From an uncultured Thermodesulfobacteriota bacterium (GTDB lineage: Bacteria; Desulfobacterota; WTBG01): 46,457 nucleotides of DNA. Shown here piece after piece: positions 35,554 through 45,900 of the stretch (within the stretch, counting starts at the first letter, position 1; each line of letters starts with the position of its first letter). The stretch lies in NCBI GenBank assembly GCA_964632275.1, contig CAZWCD010000001.1:28721-75177 (forward strand), in the 5' to 3' direction. Made by a program: the position numbers and the translations under genes. A model generated the notes under the pieces. The model ran no database searches. It was given only the letters and a program-made list of their open reading frames with translations, and had not been told where the DNA came from.

Positions 35554-36939
35554 TTACTTCCCGTATTTATCCCAGTGGGATTTGAATAGGGCGTTTTCAT
35601 CGGGCTTGTTTTCCGGAATCGGCGAGGATACCCAGGTGTAGTTGACCATGTGCTTCCAGGTGATGTTTTCCGAGACAATGTTGTTGCCCCAAGTGCCGCA
35701 GCTTAAGGACATGGTAAAGGGCATGCCGTTGGTAAAGGATCCGCTGTTGGCAAGGCACTGCGGCTGCCGGACCATCATCCGGCTGACATGGGCCATTTCC
35801 GCCAGCTCTTTGATCCGGGCCTCATTGGTGCTGTGGATGCTGCAGCAGTGGCCTTCGCCGCGCACGGTCAGGATCTTTTTCAGGTAATCGAGCGCCTCGC
35901 TGAAGGCGGTGAATTTCCACAGGGTGATGACCGGGGACAGCTTCTCGTCGGCAAACTTTTCCGTGCTGACCGGATTCTCCCCGATCACCATGAGGAAGGT
36001 GGTGCTTTCCGGAACGGTGATGCCGGCGAGCTCGGCGATTTTTTTGGCTGACCGCGCCACCACCTTGTCGTTGATGTGTTCGCCGTCCGGCCAGATCGCC
36101 GCTTTCAGCTTCGCTTTTTCTTCCGGCGAGCACAGGTAGCCGCCCCGGGCCTTGAAGCCGGCCAGCATGCCGTCCCATTGTGAGGCATGGATGACCGCCG
36201 AATTTTCCGCCGAACAGGAGGTGGCATTGTCAAAGGTTTTGCTCAGGAATATTTTTTCCGCGGCGTCGTTGACGTCGGCGGTTTCGTCAATAATGCTTAC
36301 CGAGTTGCCGGCCCCGACGCCGTAGGCAGGCTTGCCGCTTGAGTAGGCCGCCTTCACCGACTGGGTGCCGCCGGTTGAGATTACCAGGTCGGCCGCAGCC
36401 ATCAGCGCCTGAATGTCCTCAATGTAGGGCCGTTCCATAACCTGCAGCAGATCCACCGGCGCGCCGACTTTCTCCAGCCCCTTGCGCATGAAATCAACCG
36501 CCAGCGTGCTGCAGCGCCGGGCGATCATGTGCGGAGCAAAAATAATGGCGTTGCGCGTTTTCAGGGCGAAGACGCCCTTCACCATCGGGGTGGCGGTGGG
36601 GTTGGTGCACGGGGTCGGCGCAAAGATGACGCCGACCGGCTTGATCACCTTGAAAATGCCCTTGGCTTTGTCCTCGTCGACGATGCCGGTGGTCTTCACG
36701 CCGGCCATGTCCCGCAGCGCCCCCAGCACCTTGTTGCGGTGCTTGGCCAGCTTGTTTTCATAGACCCCCATCTTGGTTTCCTTGACTGCCATGTCCGCGC
36801 ATTTGGCGGCGTTTTCAGGCTTGATCGCCTCCCAGGCGGCAGCCAACACCATTTCATCAACTTTTTCCTGGGGCCAGTGTTCCACGACGGCCTGGGCCGT
36901 GCGCGCCTTGTCCAGCAGTTGTTGCAGTTCTTCCTTCAT
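35554..36939 (-). CDS. acylating (CoA-dependent type) aldehyde dehydrogenase, SucD/EutE/AdhE-N family
   Basis: Start set to ATG 36939 (RBS GGGAGG). 'FDNATSCSAENS' is the catalytic Cys region and 'LSCGTWGNNIVSENIT' is the C-terminal family motif. 461 aa. Confidence 0.85.
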   Translation of the reverse strand: MKEELQQLLDKARTAQAVVEHWPQEKVDEMVLAAAWEAIKPENAAKCADMAVKETKMGVYENKLAKHRNKVLGALRDMAGVKTTGIVDEDKAKGIFKVIKPVGVIFAPTPCTNPTATPMVKGVFALKTRNAIIFAPHMIARRCSTLAVDFMRKGLEKVGAPVDLLQVMERPYIEDIQALMAAADLVISTGGTQSVKAAYSSGKPAYGVGAGNSVSIIDETADVNDAAEKIFLSKTFDNATSCSAENSAVIHASQWDGMLAGFKARGGYLCSPEEKAKLKAAIWPDGEHINDKVVARSAKKIAELAGITVPESTTFLMVIGENPVSTEKFADEKLSPVITLWKFTAFSEALDYLKKILTVRGEGHCCSIHSTNEARIKELAEMAHVSRMMVRQPQCLANSGSFTNGMPFTMSLSCGTWGNNIVSENITWKHMVNYTWVSSPIPENKPDENALFKSHWDKYGK

Positions 36940-37423
36940 GATGCCTCCCTGCGTGTTAGAATGTTTCCCCTCGGACAGCACGCTGCTGCCATGCTTCAGC
37001 GGCGGCCTGCACCGTCCCTGCGCGCCGTCAGTTCCCCGTTGATTGAGGAAAACCGATTCCTTTCATCATAATGCAAGCGGACCGGGAATGTCGCGGGATG
37101 TCCCGCGCGCATCCCGAAGCGCTGAGCCGGTGATCGATATGGAAGGTAAAAGCACGCAATCGCTGGTTTGAAAGCAGCGGTCGGCAGGGAAGACAGCGCA
37201 TTGCAGCAATGCCGCCCTTGTCCGTCAGCTGTGTATGCTTTCTACGCCTCTCCCGGCACCGTGCACATCCTGCATGATCGGGTCAATAATGAGTTAACTC
37301 ATTTTTATTTTTATATATACGCAGGAAACGCATATGTCAAGAATTAAAAAACGGGGCTTCGCCGCTCTGCGGGGGCCCTGAGGAAGGCGCAGCACGCCTG
37401 CCACCGGCTGGTTTAGTCCAACT

Positions 37424-37452
37424 TTGCCTTGATAAACAGGGGCGCATATGCT
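37424..37452 (+). promoter_or_regulatory. sigma-70-type promoter candidate for leuS
   Basis: TTGCCT, 17-nt spacer, TATGCT, about 80 nt upstream of the leuS start. Confidence 0.3.
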
Positions 37453-37529
37453 AGAAAAACAACCGTTCAGGAAAGGCATGCTGTATCCCTGATCACCCGG
37501 TTAACCCCATGGGAGCGAGACGAAAGCTG

Positions 37530-40109
37530 ATGGCCGAACCCTACACGCCGCATGAGATTGAGCAGAAGTGGCAGCAGCGCTGGGAGCAGACCCGCGCCTA
37601 CCACGTGAGCGAGAACGCTGATGCGAAAAAGTACTATCTGCTCGAAATGTTCCCCTACCCGTCGGGCCGCATCCACATGGGGCACGTCAGAAACTATTCC
37701 ATCGGGGATGTCATCGCCCGCTACAAGATGATGCAGGGCTATAACGTCCTCCATCCCATGGGATGGGATGCCTTCGGCATGCCGGCGGAAAACGCCGCCC
37801 TGGAACGGGGCATCCACCCGGCACAATGGACCTACGATAACATTGCCTACATGAAGGCCCAGCTGAAACGGATGGGATTCAGCTACGACTGGGAGCGGGA
37901 GATCGCCACCTGCGACCAGCTCTATTACAAATGGGAGCAGTGGCTCTTCCTGCGCATGTATGAGCGGGACCTGGTCTACCGGAAGAAATCGCTTGTCAAC
38001 TGGTGCGGCAAATGCCAGACGGTTCTGGCCAACGAGCAGGTGGAGGGCGGCGCATGCTGGCGCTGCGGCTCCGAGGTGACCCAGAAGGAGCTGGACGGGT
38101 GGTTTTTCAGGATCACCCGGTACGCCGAGGAGCTGCTCGACTGCTGTGACCGGCTCACCGGCTGGCCCGAACGGGTCATTGCCATGCAGAAGAACTGGAT
38201 CGGCAGGAGCATCGGGACGGAGATTGATTTTCCGGTGGAGGGGCGCGCGCAGCCCATAACCGTGTTTACCACCAGGCCGGACACCCTTTTCGGGGCAACC
38301 TTCATGAGCCTGGCGCCGGAAAACCCGCTGGCGCTCGAGCTTGCCCGCGGCACCGGGCAGGCGCAGGCAGTTCAGGCCTTCGTGGAGAAGGTGATCAGGC
38401 AGGATAAAATTGTCCGTTCCGCCGAGGACCTGGAAAAGGAAGGGGTGTTTACCGGCGCCTACTGCATCAATCCGGTTACCCAGCGCAGAATGCCCATCTT
38501 CGTTGCCAACTTCGTGCTCATGGAATACGGGACGGGGGCGGTGATGGCGGTTCCAACCCATGACCAGCGGGACTTCGAGTTTGCCGCCAAGTATGGCCTG
38601 GAACGCATCGTGGTCATCCAGCCCGAAGGGAAGCAGCTCCAAGCGGAAGGCATGTCCGAGGCCTACCTGGACGACGGAATTATGGTCAATTCCGAACCAT
38701 TCAACGGTATGCACAACCGGAAGGCCATGGATGCCATTAGTGATCACCTGGAAACAACCGGCCAGGGCAGGCGGACGGTCAATTACCGCCTCAAAGACTG
38801 GGGCATCTCGCGGCAGCGCTACTGGGGAAATCCCATCCCCTTCATCCATTGCCCTGCCTGCGGAACCGTGCCCGTCCCCGACGAACAGCTCCCGGTCATT
38901 TTGCCGCGGGAAATAGAAATCAAGGAGCTGGGCGGATCGCCCCTCAAACAGTGCGCCGCATTCGTCACTACCGGCTGTCCCCGCTGCGGCGGCGCTGCGT
39001 TACGGGAAACCGACACCATGGACACCTTTGTGGAGTCCTCCTGGTATTTTGCCCGCTATGCCTGCCCCGGCCACGATCGCTCTCCGTTGGACCGGACGGC
39101 GGTTGACTACTGGATGCCGGTTGATCAATACGTGGGAGGCATCGAGCATGCCGTTTTGCATCTGCTCTATGCCCGGTTCTTCACCAAGGTCCTGCGGGAC
39201 ATGGGACTGGTGGGGGTTGACGAGCCCTTCACCAACCTCCTCACCCAGGGCATGGTCTGCAAGGAAACGCTGCGCTGCGAGGCGCACGGGTGGCTGTACC
39301 CTGAAGAGGCGGACCAGGGCCTTTGCAAACAATGCGGCAAGCCGGTCACCGTCGGCCGCATTGAGAAGATGTCCAAAACCACCAGAAACATTGTCGATCC
39401 CCAGACCCTCATCGACCAGTACGGCGCCGACACCGCCCGCCTGTTCTGCCTCTTCGCCTCACCGCCTGAAAAAGACCTGGACTGGAACGAGCAGGGGGTG
39501 GAAGGGGCGTTCCGGTTTCTCAACCGCGTCTGGAGAATGACGGTTGATCACCTCGACCGGCTCAAGCCGGTCAAACCGTTCAGCGGTGCGGCGCCCGCCG
39601 ACCCGGACCTGCGGAAGCTGCGGCTGAAAACCCACGCCACCATCAGGAAGGTGACCGGTGACATCGAAGACCGCTTTCACTTCAATACCGCCATCAGCGC
39701 GGTCATGGAACTGGTCAACGCCGTCTACCAGCTGGACATCGCCGCCGTCCGCGACGCAACGGCGCTTGCGGTCATCAAGGAGGCCGTGGAGGCGGTGATC
39801 ATGCTGCTTGCCCCGATGGTTCCCCACCTGGCGGAAGAGCTCTGGGAACGCCTGGGCAACCGGGGAAGCATTTTTACCGCCCCCTGGCCCGCCCATGACC
39901 CTGCGGCCATCGTTGAGGACGAGATAACCATTGTGGTCCAGGTGAACGGCAAGCTGCGGAGCAACGTCCTGGTGCCGGCTGACGCCACCGCTGACGAGAT
40001 ACAAACGCGGGTGCTGGCCGACGGCACGCTGCAAAAATGGGTTGCGGGCGCCGAGATCAAAAAAGTGATCGTGGTGCCGGGAAAGCTGGTTAATATCGTG
40101 GTGAAATGA
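37530..40109 (+). CDS. leuS: leucyl-tRNA synthetase
   Basis: '[18 protein letters not shown]' N-terminus, HIGH motif ('[13 protein letters not shown]') and KMSKS motif ('EKMSKTTRN'). Start moved from 37509 to 37530 by homology of the N-terminus. Confidence 0.95.
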   Translation: MAEPYTPHEIEQKWQQRWEQTRAYHVSENADAKKYYLLEMFPYPSGRIHMGHVRNYSIGDVIARYKMMQGYNVLHPMGWDAFGMPAENAALERGIHPAQWTYDNIAYMKAQLKRMGFSYDWEREIATCDQLYYKWEQWLFLRMYERDLVYRKKSLVNWCGKCQTVLANEQVEGGACWRCGSEVTQKELDGWFFRITRYAEELLDCCDRLTGWPERVIAMQKNWIGRSIGTEIDFPVEGRAQPITVFTTRPDTLFGATFMSLAPENPLALELARGTGQAQAVQAFVEKVIRQDKIVRSAEDLEKEGVFTGAYCINPVTQRRMPIFVANFVLMEYGTGAVMAVPTHDQRDFEFAAKYGLERIVVIQPEGKQLQAEGMSEAYLDDGIMVNSEPFNGMHNRKAMDAISDHLETTGQGRRTVNYRLKDWGISRQRYWGNPIPFIHCPACGTVPVPDEQLPVILPREIEIKELGGSPLKQCAAFVTTGCPRCGGAALRETDTMDTFVESSWYFARYACPGHDRSPLDRTAVDYWMPVDQYVGGIEHAVLHLLYARFFTKVLRDMGLVGVDEPFTNLLTQGMVCKETLRCEAHGWLYPEEADQGLCKQCGKPVTVGRIEKMSKTTRNIVDPQTLIDQYGADTARLFCLFASPPEKDLDWNEQGVEGAFRFLNRVWRMTVDHLDRLKPVKPFSGAAPADPDLRKLRLKTHATIRKVTGDIEDRFHFNTAISAVMELVNAVYQLDIAAVRDATALAVIKEAVEAVIMLLAPMVPHLAEELWERLGNRGSIFTAPWPAHDPAAIVEDEITIVVQVNGKLRSNVLVPADATADEIQTRVLADGTLQKWVAGAEIKKVIVVPGKLVNIVVK

Positions 40110-40116
40110 GGTCATC

Positions 40117-40632
40117 GTGAAACGAGCAGCGGCGGCAACGGTAGCTATGGTTATGTTCTGCCTGGCGGGGTGCGGCTACCATTTCATCGGCCAGGAAAGC
40201 GGCGCATTGTCAGGCATTCACACCATCGCCGTACCCTACTTCGTCAACAAGAGCTTTGAGCCCGGGCTGGAGCGCTACGTGACCGAGGCCCTGGTGGATG
40301 AATTTGTGAAAAGCAAATTTGTCAGGGTGGTGGACGAGTCGGAGGCGGATGCGGTGCTCCGGGGACGCATCGATGAATTCAGCGAGTCGGTCATTTCCTA
40401 TGACCGTGACGACCGGGCACTTGAATACCGCACCCGGGTATCCCTTGATATCACCCTGGAACGAAATGACACGGCGGAAGTCCTCTGGCGGAACAAGGGA
40501 CTTTATCATTTCGAGGAGTACACGGTATCGTCCGACCTGGCCACCACCGAAGCCAATAAGAAAATTGCCCTGCAAATGACCGCCGCCGAACTGGCGGAGC
40601 GCATTCACGACAGCATAATTGAGGGATTTTAA
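40117..40632 (+). CDS. lptE: LPS-assembly lipoprotein LptE (RlpB)
   Basis: 171 aa, GTG start. Lipobox 'FCLAGC'. Conserved leuS-lptE-holA gene order. Confidence 0.8.
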   Translation: MKRAAAATVAMVMFCLAGCGYHFIGQESGALSGIHTIAVPYFVNKSFEPGLERYVTEALVDEFVKSKFVRVVDESEADAVLRGRIDEFSESVISYDRDDRALEYRTRVSLDITLERNDTAEVLWRNKGLYHFEEYTVSSDLATTEANKKIALQMTAAELAERIHDSIIEGF

Positions 40633-40638
40633 AGTCCG

Positions 40639-41628
40639 ATGAAGCCCCTGGAGCTGCAGAAGGAGCTGGAAAAGGGAGCCATCGCCCCGCTGTATCTGTT
40701 GTACGGGGACGATGTTTTCTTGATTGACCGGACGGTGGACCAGCTCAAAACGCTGCTGGTCGATCCCCGCGCCGCAAGCTTTAATTGCTCCCTCTATTAT
40801 GGAGGGGAAAGCGAACCCCGCCAGGTCATCACCACAGCCCAGACGCTTCCGCTGGCCGGCAAGCGCCGGCTGGTGGTGGTGCGGGAAGCCGACCAGCTCA
40901 AATCATCATGGAAGGAGTTTGCGACCTACTTCGAACACCCCCTCGCTTCCACCTGCCTGGTCTTCTGTTCCGGCGTTTCAACGCTCAAGGCGGACATCAC
41001 CTCCCTGTTCAAGAAAAACGGCGCGGCGGTACGGTTTTATCATCCCTTCAGCAGCGAAATGCCGGAGTGGATCCGGAGAATGGCCGGGGAGCGCCATAAG
41101 AAGATAAGCAGGGAAGCGGTGGCGCTGCTGGGGGAATCCCTGGAAAATGACCTGCAGCGCATATCCAATGAGCTGGAGAAGATTGCCCTCTACGCAGGTG
41201 AACGGAATGTCATCGAACGGGAGGATGTGGAGGCGGTGATCACCGCGGTCAGGCAGGTAAGCGTCTTCAGCCTGACCGACAGCCTTGGCGGAAAGAACCG
41301 GGTTCAGGCACTCTCGATATTGCAGCGTCTCCTGGAAGCGGGTGAACCTCCCCTGAAAATCCTCGGCATGATCGCACGCCACTACCGGTTAATGGCGCGG
41401 GGGGGGGAGATGGTGCACAACGGCATGGCGGCACCCGAGGCGGGGAAGCAGCTGGGCATCAGCACTTTTCATCTCAAGGGGTTTGCCCGACAGGTGGAAA
41501 CCTTTGCGCCGAAGCAGACGCAAAACTACTTCAGCATTCTCTTTCAGTCGGAAAGAAAGCTCAAATCAAGCAGGATCAGCGAGAAAATTATTCTGGAGGA
41601 TGCGGTCGCCCGTTTGTGCGCCCTCTGA
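40639..41628 (+). CDS. holA: DNA polymerase III delta subunit
   Basis: 329 aa. 'APLYLLYGDDVFLI' N-terminus, and its position after lptE. Confidence 0.88.
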   Translation: MKPLELQKELEKGAIAPLYLLYGDDVFLIDRTVDQLKTLLVDPRAASFNCSLYYGGESEPRQVITTAQTLPLAGKRRLVVVREADQLKSSWKEFATYFEHPLASTCLVFCSGVSTLKADITSLFKKNGAAVRFYHPFSSEMPEWIRRMAGERHKKISREAVALLGESLENDLQRISNELEKIALYAGERNVIEREDVEAVITAVRQVSVFSLTDSLGGKNRVQALSILQRLLEAGEPPLKILGMIARHYRLMARGGEMVHNGMAAPEAGKQLGISTFHLKGFARQVETFAPKQTQNYFSILFQSERKLKSSRISEKIILEDAVARLCAL

Positions 41629-41655
41629 GAGACCGCGAAACGGCGACGGCCGCGT

Positions 41656-41925
41656 TCAGACGGCGAGCTGTTTGTTAACCCTTTTGGTAAGGCGGGATAT
41701 CCTGCGCGCGGCTGTCTTCTTGCGCATGACGCCCTTGGAGGCAGCCCTGCTTATGGTGGAGATGACCTTCTTTAATGCCGGCACACTCTCTTCCCGGTTC
41801 TTTTTCTCCAGGACGGTGCTGAGATTCTTAATCCCGGTCTTGACCGATGATTTGATCGCCCGGTTATGCTGGTAGCGCTTTTTGTTCTGCCTCGCTCTTT
41901 TTTCCGCGGATTTATGTCTGATCAT
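41656..41925 (-). CDS. rpsT: 30S ribosomal protein S20
   Basis: 89 aa, basic. 'HKSAEKRARQNKKRYQHNRAIKSSVKT'. Confidence 0.93.
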   Translation of the reverse strand: MIRHKSAEKRARQNKKRYQHNRAIKSSVKTGIKNLSTVLEKKNREESVPALKKVISTISRAASKGVMRKKTAARRISRLTKRVNKQLAV

Positions 41926-41981
41926 TCTTGTCTCGTCTCCTGGCCGTTAAATAGGGGGCTAATCTATCATTTCTTCTCAAG

Positions 41982-42599
41982 ATGTCAAGAACTTTTTATC
42001 CGCTTCCCGACGCGGGCATGGGGCCTGCAACCATGAAATCGTCAATGGACGGTAACGACCGCGCCCATGATCGCTTGTCATGCGTTGTATTCAAGACCGC
42101 CATCGGCTGGTGCGGTCTGGTCATGGCACAGGGAAAAGTACGCAGGCTCTCTATTGGATATGCATCGCCAGGTCAGCTCAAACGACACCTCAGAAATGCC
42201 TTTGGTGACGACATTTGTTTCAAGCAGTCGACTGCAATGAAATTGATCATACAAAAGCTCAAGCGCTTCTGTTCCGGGCAGAAGGTCTCTTTGAGCCGCG
42301 TCCCGATGGACTGGTCATCACTCACCCCGTTTCAGCGGAAGGTGCTGCGGGCTGCCGCCCGGATTCCCTCTGGATCGGTTGATACCTACGGCGGGCTTGC
42401 CCGAAAGATAGGAGCGCCCCGCAGCGCACGGGCGGTGGGAAATGCCCTGGGCCGAAACCCCTTCCCCCTGCTCATTCCCTGTCACCGCATCATCAAGGAC
42501 GACGGGAGCATCGGCGGCTTCTCGGCTCCCCGGGGAATAAAATTAAAAAGCACATTGTTAATCATGGAGCGGTTGGCAACGGCCGGATCGTCCAAATAG
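41982..42599 (+). CDS. ogt: methylated-DNA--protein-cysteine methyltransferase
   Basis: 'TPFQRKVLRAAARIPSGSVDTYGGLA' and active-site 'IPCHRII'. The true start may be one of the internal ATGs in 'MGPATMKSSM'. Confidence 0.85.
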   Translation: MSRTFYPLPDAGMGPATMKSSMDGNDRAHDRLSCVVFKTAIGWCGLVMAQGKVRRLSIGYASPGQLKRHLRNAFGDDICFKQSTAMKLIIQKLKRFCSGQKVSLSRVPMDWSSLTPFQRKVLRAAARIPSGSVDTYGGLARKIGAPRSARAVGNALGRNPFPLLIPCHRIIKDDGSIGGFSAPRGIKLKSTLLIMERLATAGSSK

Positions 42600-42676
42600 A
42601 AAAAATGCAACACATGAAAATTTCAAACAAATTCGAGTTGATAATAAAACGACAAGCGTATAAAAAGAAAAATATC

Positions 42677-42706
42677 TTGACAAATAAAGCTATTTATCAA
42701 TATAAT
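42677..42706 (+). promoter_or_regulatory. near-consensus sigma-70 promoter for the Cys-rich repeat protein gene
   Basis: TTGACA (42677-42682), 18-nt spacer, TATAAT (42701-42706) in an AT-rich region. Implies a leader of about 190 nt. Confidence 0.5.
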
Positions 42707-42900
42707 ATGCTAGATTGATTTGATTTTTCCCTTTCAGATTATCAGAAAAGTTAGATGCAAAACAAATAAAAAATGATCTGCCTTGGTCCAATTAAAATGC
42801 TCATTAAAAACTTATGAATCACATTACCTGAAAGGAGGTGAGGGTACCGTTCTATTCATTTTCAATCCGGTTCAATTCTAATCATGGAGGAGGTAGAAAG

Positions 42901-45900
42901 ATGAAAAAGCTTTCAGTTGTATTAATGTTCGGTCTTGTCATGGGGCTTATGGCAGGCCCGGCCTTTGCCCAGAGCTATTGCCAGGACGTTCTGGAAACAG
43001 GCAATCCCGGCGGAAGGACAACCGGTCTCAAAACATGCGATACGGTAAATCCGGAAACCCTCAATCCGGGGGATACGTTTTCCATTGACATCTGGGCAAC
43101 CGAAATACCTGAGCCGATTATCTCGAGCGGATTTGAGATGTTCTACAATCCTGCCCAGGTGAGTCTCCTCAGCGTTCAGGCGTATGACGGCGTTGACATC
43201 GCCGGCGGCCCCTGGGATGGAACGGCCACCCTCAAGATACCTGATGCATATGGACCGGGGTCCTTCGTCCTGGCCGTGGTGCAGTTAGGCACCTGCCCGG
43301 TACCCGATGCGGGCGGTGACGTTATCGTCGCCAAGCTAACCTTCCAGTGCCTGGCAAACGGCAGCAGTGGGATTGGCGTCAAGGGAATAGACGGCTTTGA
43401 CACAACCGTCGGTTGTACCAGCGGCGTCGTCTATGATGCTCCAATGGGTACCAATACGCTCACCGTTACCCAGGGATCAGACGGCTGCACCACCAATGAA
43501 GAGTGCAGCGACGGCATTTACTGCAATGGTGCCGAGACCTGCAACATCGGTAGCGGCGAGTGCCAGCCCGGAACCGCGGTTGTCTGCAATGATGCGATTG
43601 CCTGCACCACCGATTCCTGCAATGAAACCACCGACAGCTGTGATTACATCCCCAACAACGCGGCCTGTAATGATGGGGCTTACTGTAATGGCGCCGAAGT
43701 GTGCACGGCAAGCGGTTGCGCGCCCGGAACGCCGGTCAGCTGCCCCGACGATGGATTGTTCTGCAACGGCACCCCGTCCTGTAACGAAACAACGGATTCC
43801 TGCCAGAGCAGCGGTGCTCCCTGCACGCCGCCCGAAGTGTGCAACGAGGATACGGACACCTGCGCTGTGGTCGGATGCAGCACGGATGAAGAATGCAGCG
43901 ATGGTTCGTTCTGCTCCGGCGTTGAGACCTGCAATACCAACACCGGGCAGTGCCAGGCCGGAACGGCGGTCAATTGCAATGACAGCATTGACTGCACCAT
44001 CGACTCCTGTAATGAAGGTTTGGACCGATGCGACAACACCCCCAGCGACGCGGCCTGCAGCGATGGCCTGTTCTGCAATGGCAACGAGGTCTGCGATGCG
44101 CAGAACGGCTGTCTCGATGGAACGCCGGCAGATTGCGCAGATGACGGCGCATTCTGCAACGGCACCGAATCCTGTGACGAGGCCGCCGATTCCTGCGTCA
44201 GCAGCGGCAACCCCTGTACCCCGGGGACCGTTTGCAACGAGGAAACAAACGGCTGTGATCAGCCGCCGGGATGTGAAGTGGATGAAGAATGCGATAACGG
44301 ACTGTTCTGCGACGGCGCGGAAAGGTGTGTTGACGGCACCTGCCAGCCCGGAACGGCAGTCAATTGCGACGATGAAGTTGCCTGCACCACTGATTCATGT
44401 AACGAGGCAACGGATAGCTGTGATCATGCTTCCGACAACGCAGTCTGCAGCGACGGCAATTTCTGCAACGGAAACGAGATCTGCGATGCGGTGAACGGCT
44501 GCCTGCCCGGGGAAGCGGTGAGCTGCGCAGACGACGGATTGTTCTGCAACGGCACCGAGTCCTGCAATGAGGCCGCCGATTCCTGCCAGAGCAGCGGCGA
44601 TCCCTGTCCGCAGGGCACGGTTTGCAATGAGGCTACCGACGCCTGCGACGAAATCCCGGTGGAAGGCTGCACCTCCAACGCGGAATGCGATGACGGCAAC
44701 TTCTGCAACGGCAAGGAAAAATGCAGCGTTTCGTACAAACAATCGGGCGGAACGCCTCAGCCACCGGTTCCCGGCGTCTGCGTAGCCGGAACGCCGGTTG
44801 ATTGCAACGACGGAGTGGACTGCACTATCGATTCCTGCAATGAGGCCAAGGACGCGTGCGATCACGCCCCCGACAATGCGGTCTGCGATGACGGGAATTT
44901 CTGCAACGGAAATGAGGTCTGCGCTCCTGATTCCATCATGTCCATTGCAACGCAGGAGAGCAGCGGCAGCATGAGCGGTTGCAAGGCCGGTGCAGCAGTC
45001 ATCTGCCAGGATAACGGGTTGTTCTGCGACGGTATCGAGTCCTGCAATGAAGCCAAGGATTCCTGCACCAGCAGCGGCAATCCCTGCACCCCGGACGTAA
45101 CGGTGTGCAACGAAAAAACCGACACCTGCGACCCGGTGGGCGGCTGCACCTCTGACAAAGAATGCGATGACGGCATTTTCTGCAACGGCAAGGAAACCTG
45201 TAATGCCTACGTAAAGGCGACCGGCACCAACCCGCCGGTTACCGGCGTCTGCCAGGACGGAATTCCGGTTGATTGCAGCGACGGCCTTGACTGCACCATT
45301 GATTCCTGTAACGAGGAGAAGGACGCGTGTGATCACGCTCCGGACAATGCGGTCTGCGACGACGGCGATTTCTGCAACGGAAACGAGATTTGCGATCCGT
45401 TAAAGGGCTGCCAGGATGGCGCAGCCGTCAGCTGCCCGGATAACGGGTTGTTCTGTGACGGTACCGAGTCCTGCAATGAGGCCGATGATTCATGCCAGAG
45501 CAGCGGCAATCCCTGTACCCCGGGCGTCACGGTGTGCAATGAGAAAACTGACACCTGCGACCCGGTGGGCGGCTGCACCGCTGACAAAGAATGCGATGAC
45601 GGCATTTTCTGCAACGGCAAAGAAACCTGTAATGCCTATGCAAAGGCAACCGGCACCAACCCACCGGTTACCGGGGTATGCCAGTCCGGCATTCCGGTTG
45701 ACTGCAACGACGGTGTGGACTGCACCATGGATTCCTGCAACGAGGATACCGACAGCTGCGTGAATACCGCGGACGATGCCTATTGTCCGGATGACGGCAA
45801 GTTCTGCAACGGCACCGAGTCCTGCGATGCCGAACAGGGCTGCATCTCTACGGGCAATCCCTGCGCAGCCGGAACGGTGTGCAATGAGGAGAAAGACTCC

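Noticed and set aside
37467-38849. 460-aa ORF on the minus strand
   Set aside because: It is antisense to leuS, whose HIGH and KMSKS motifs fix the true frame. It is a shadow ORF.
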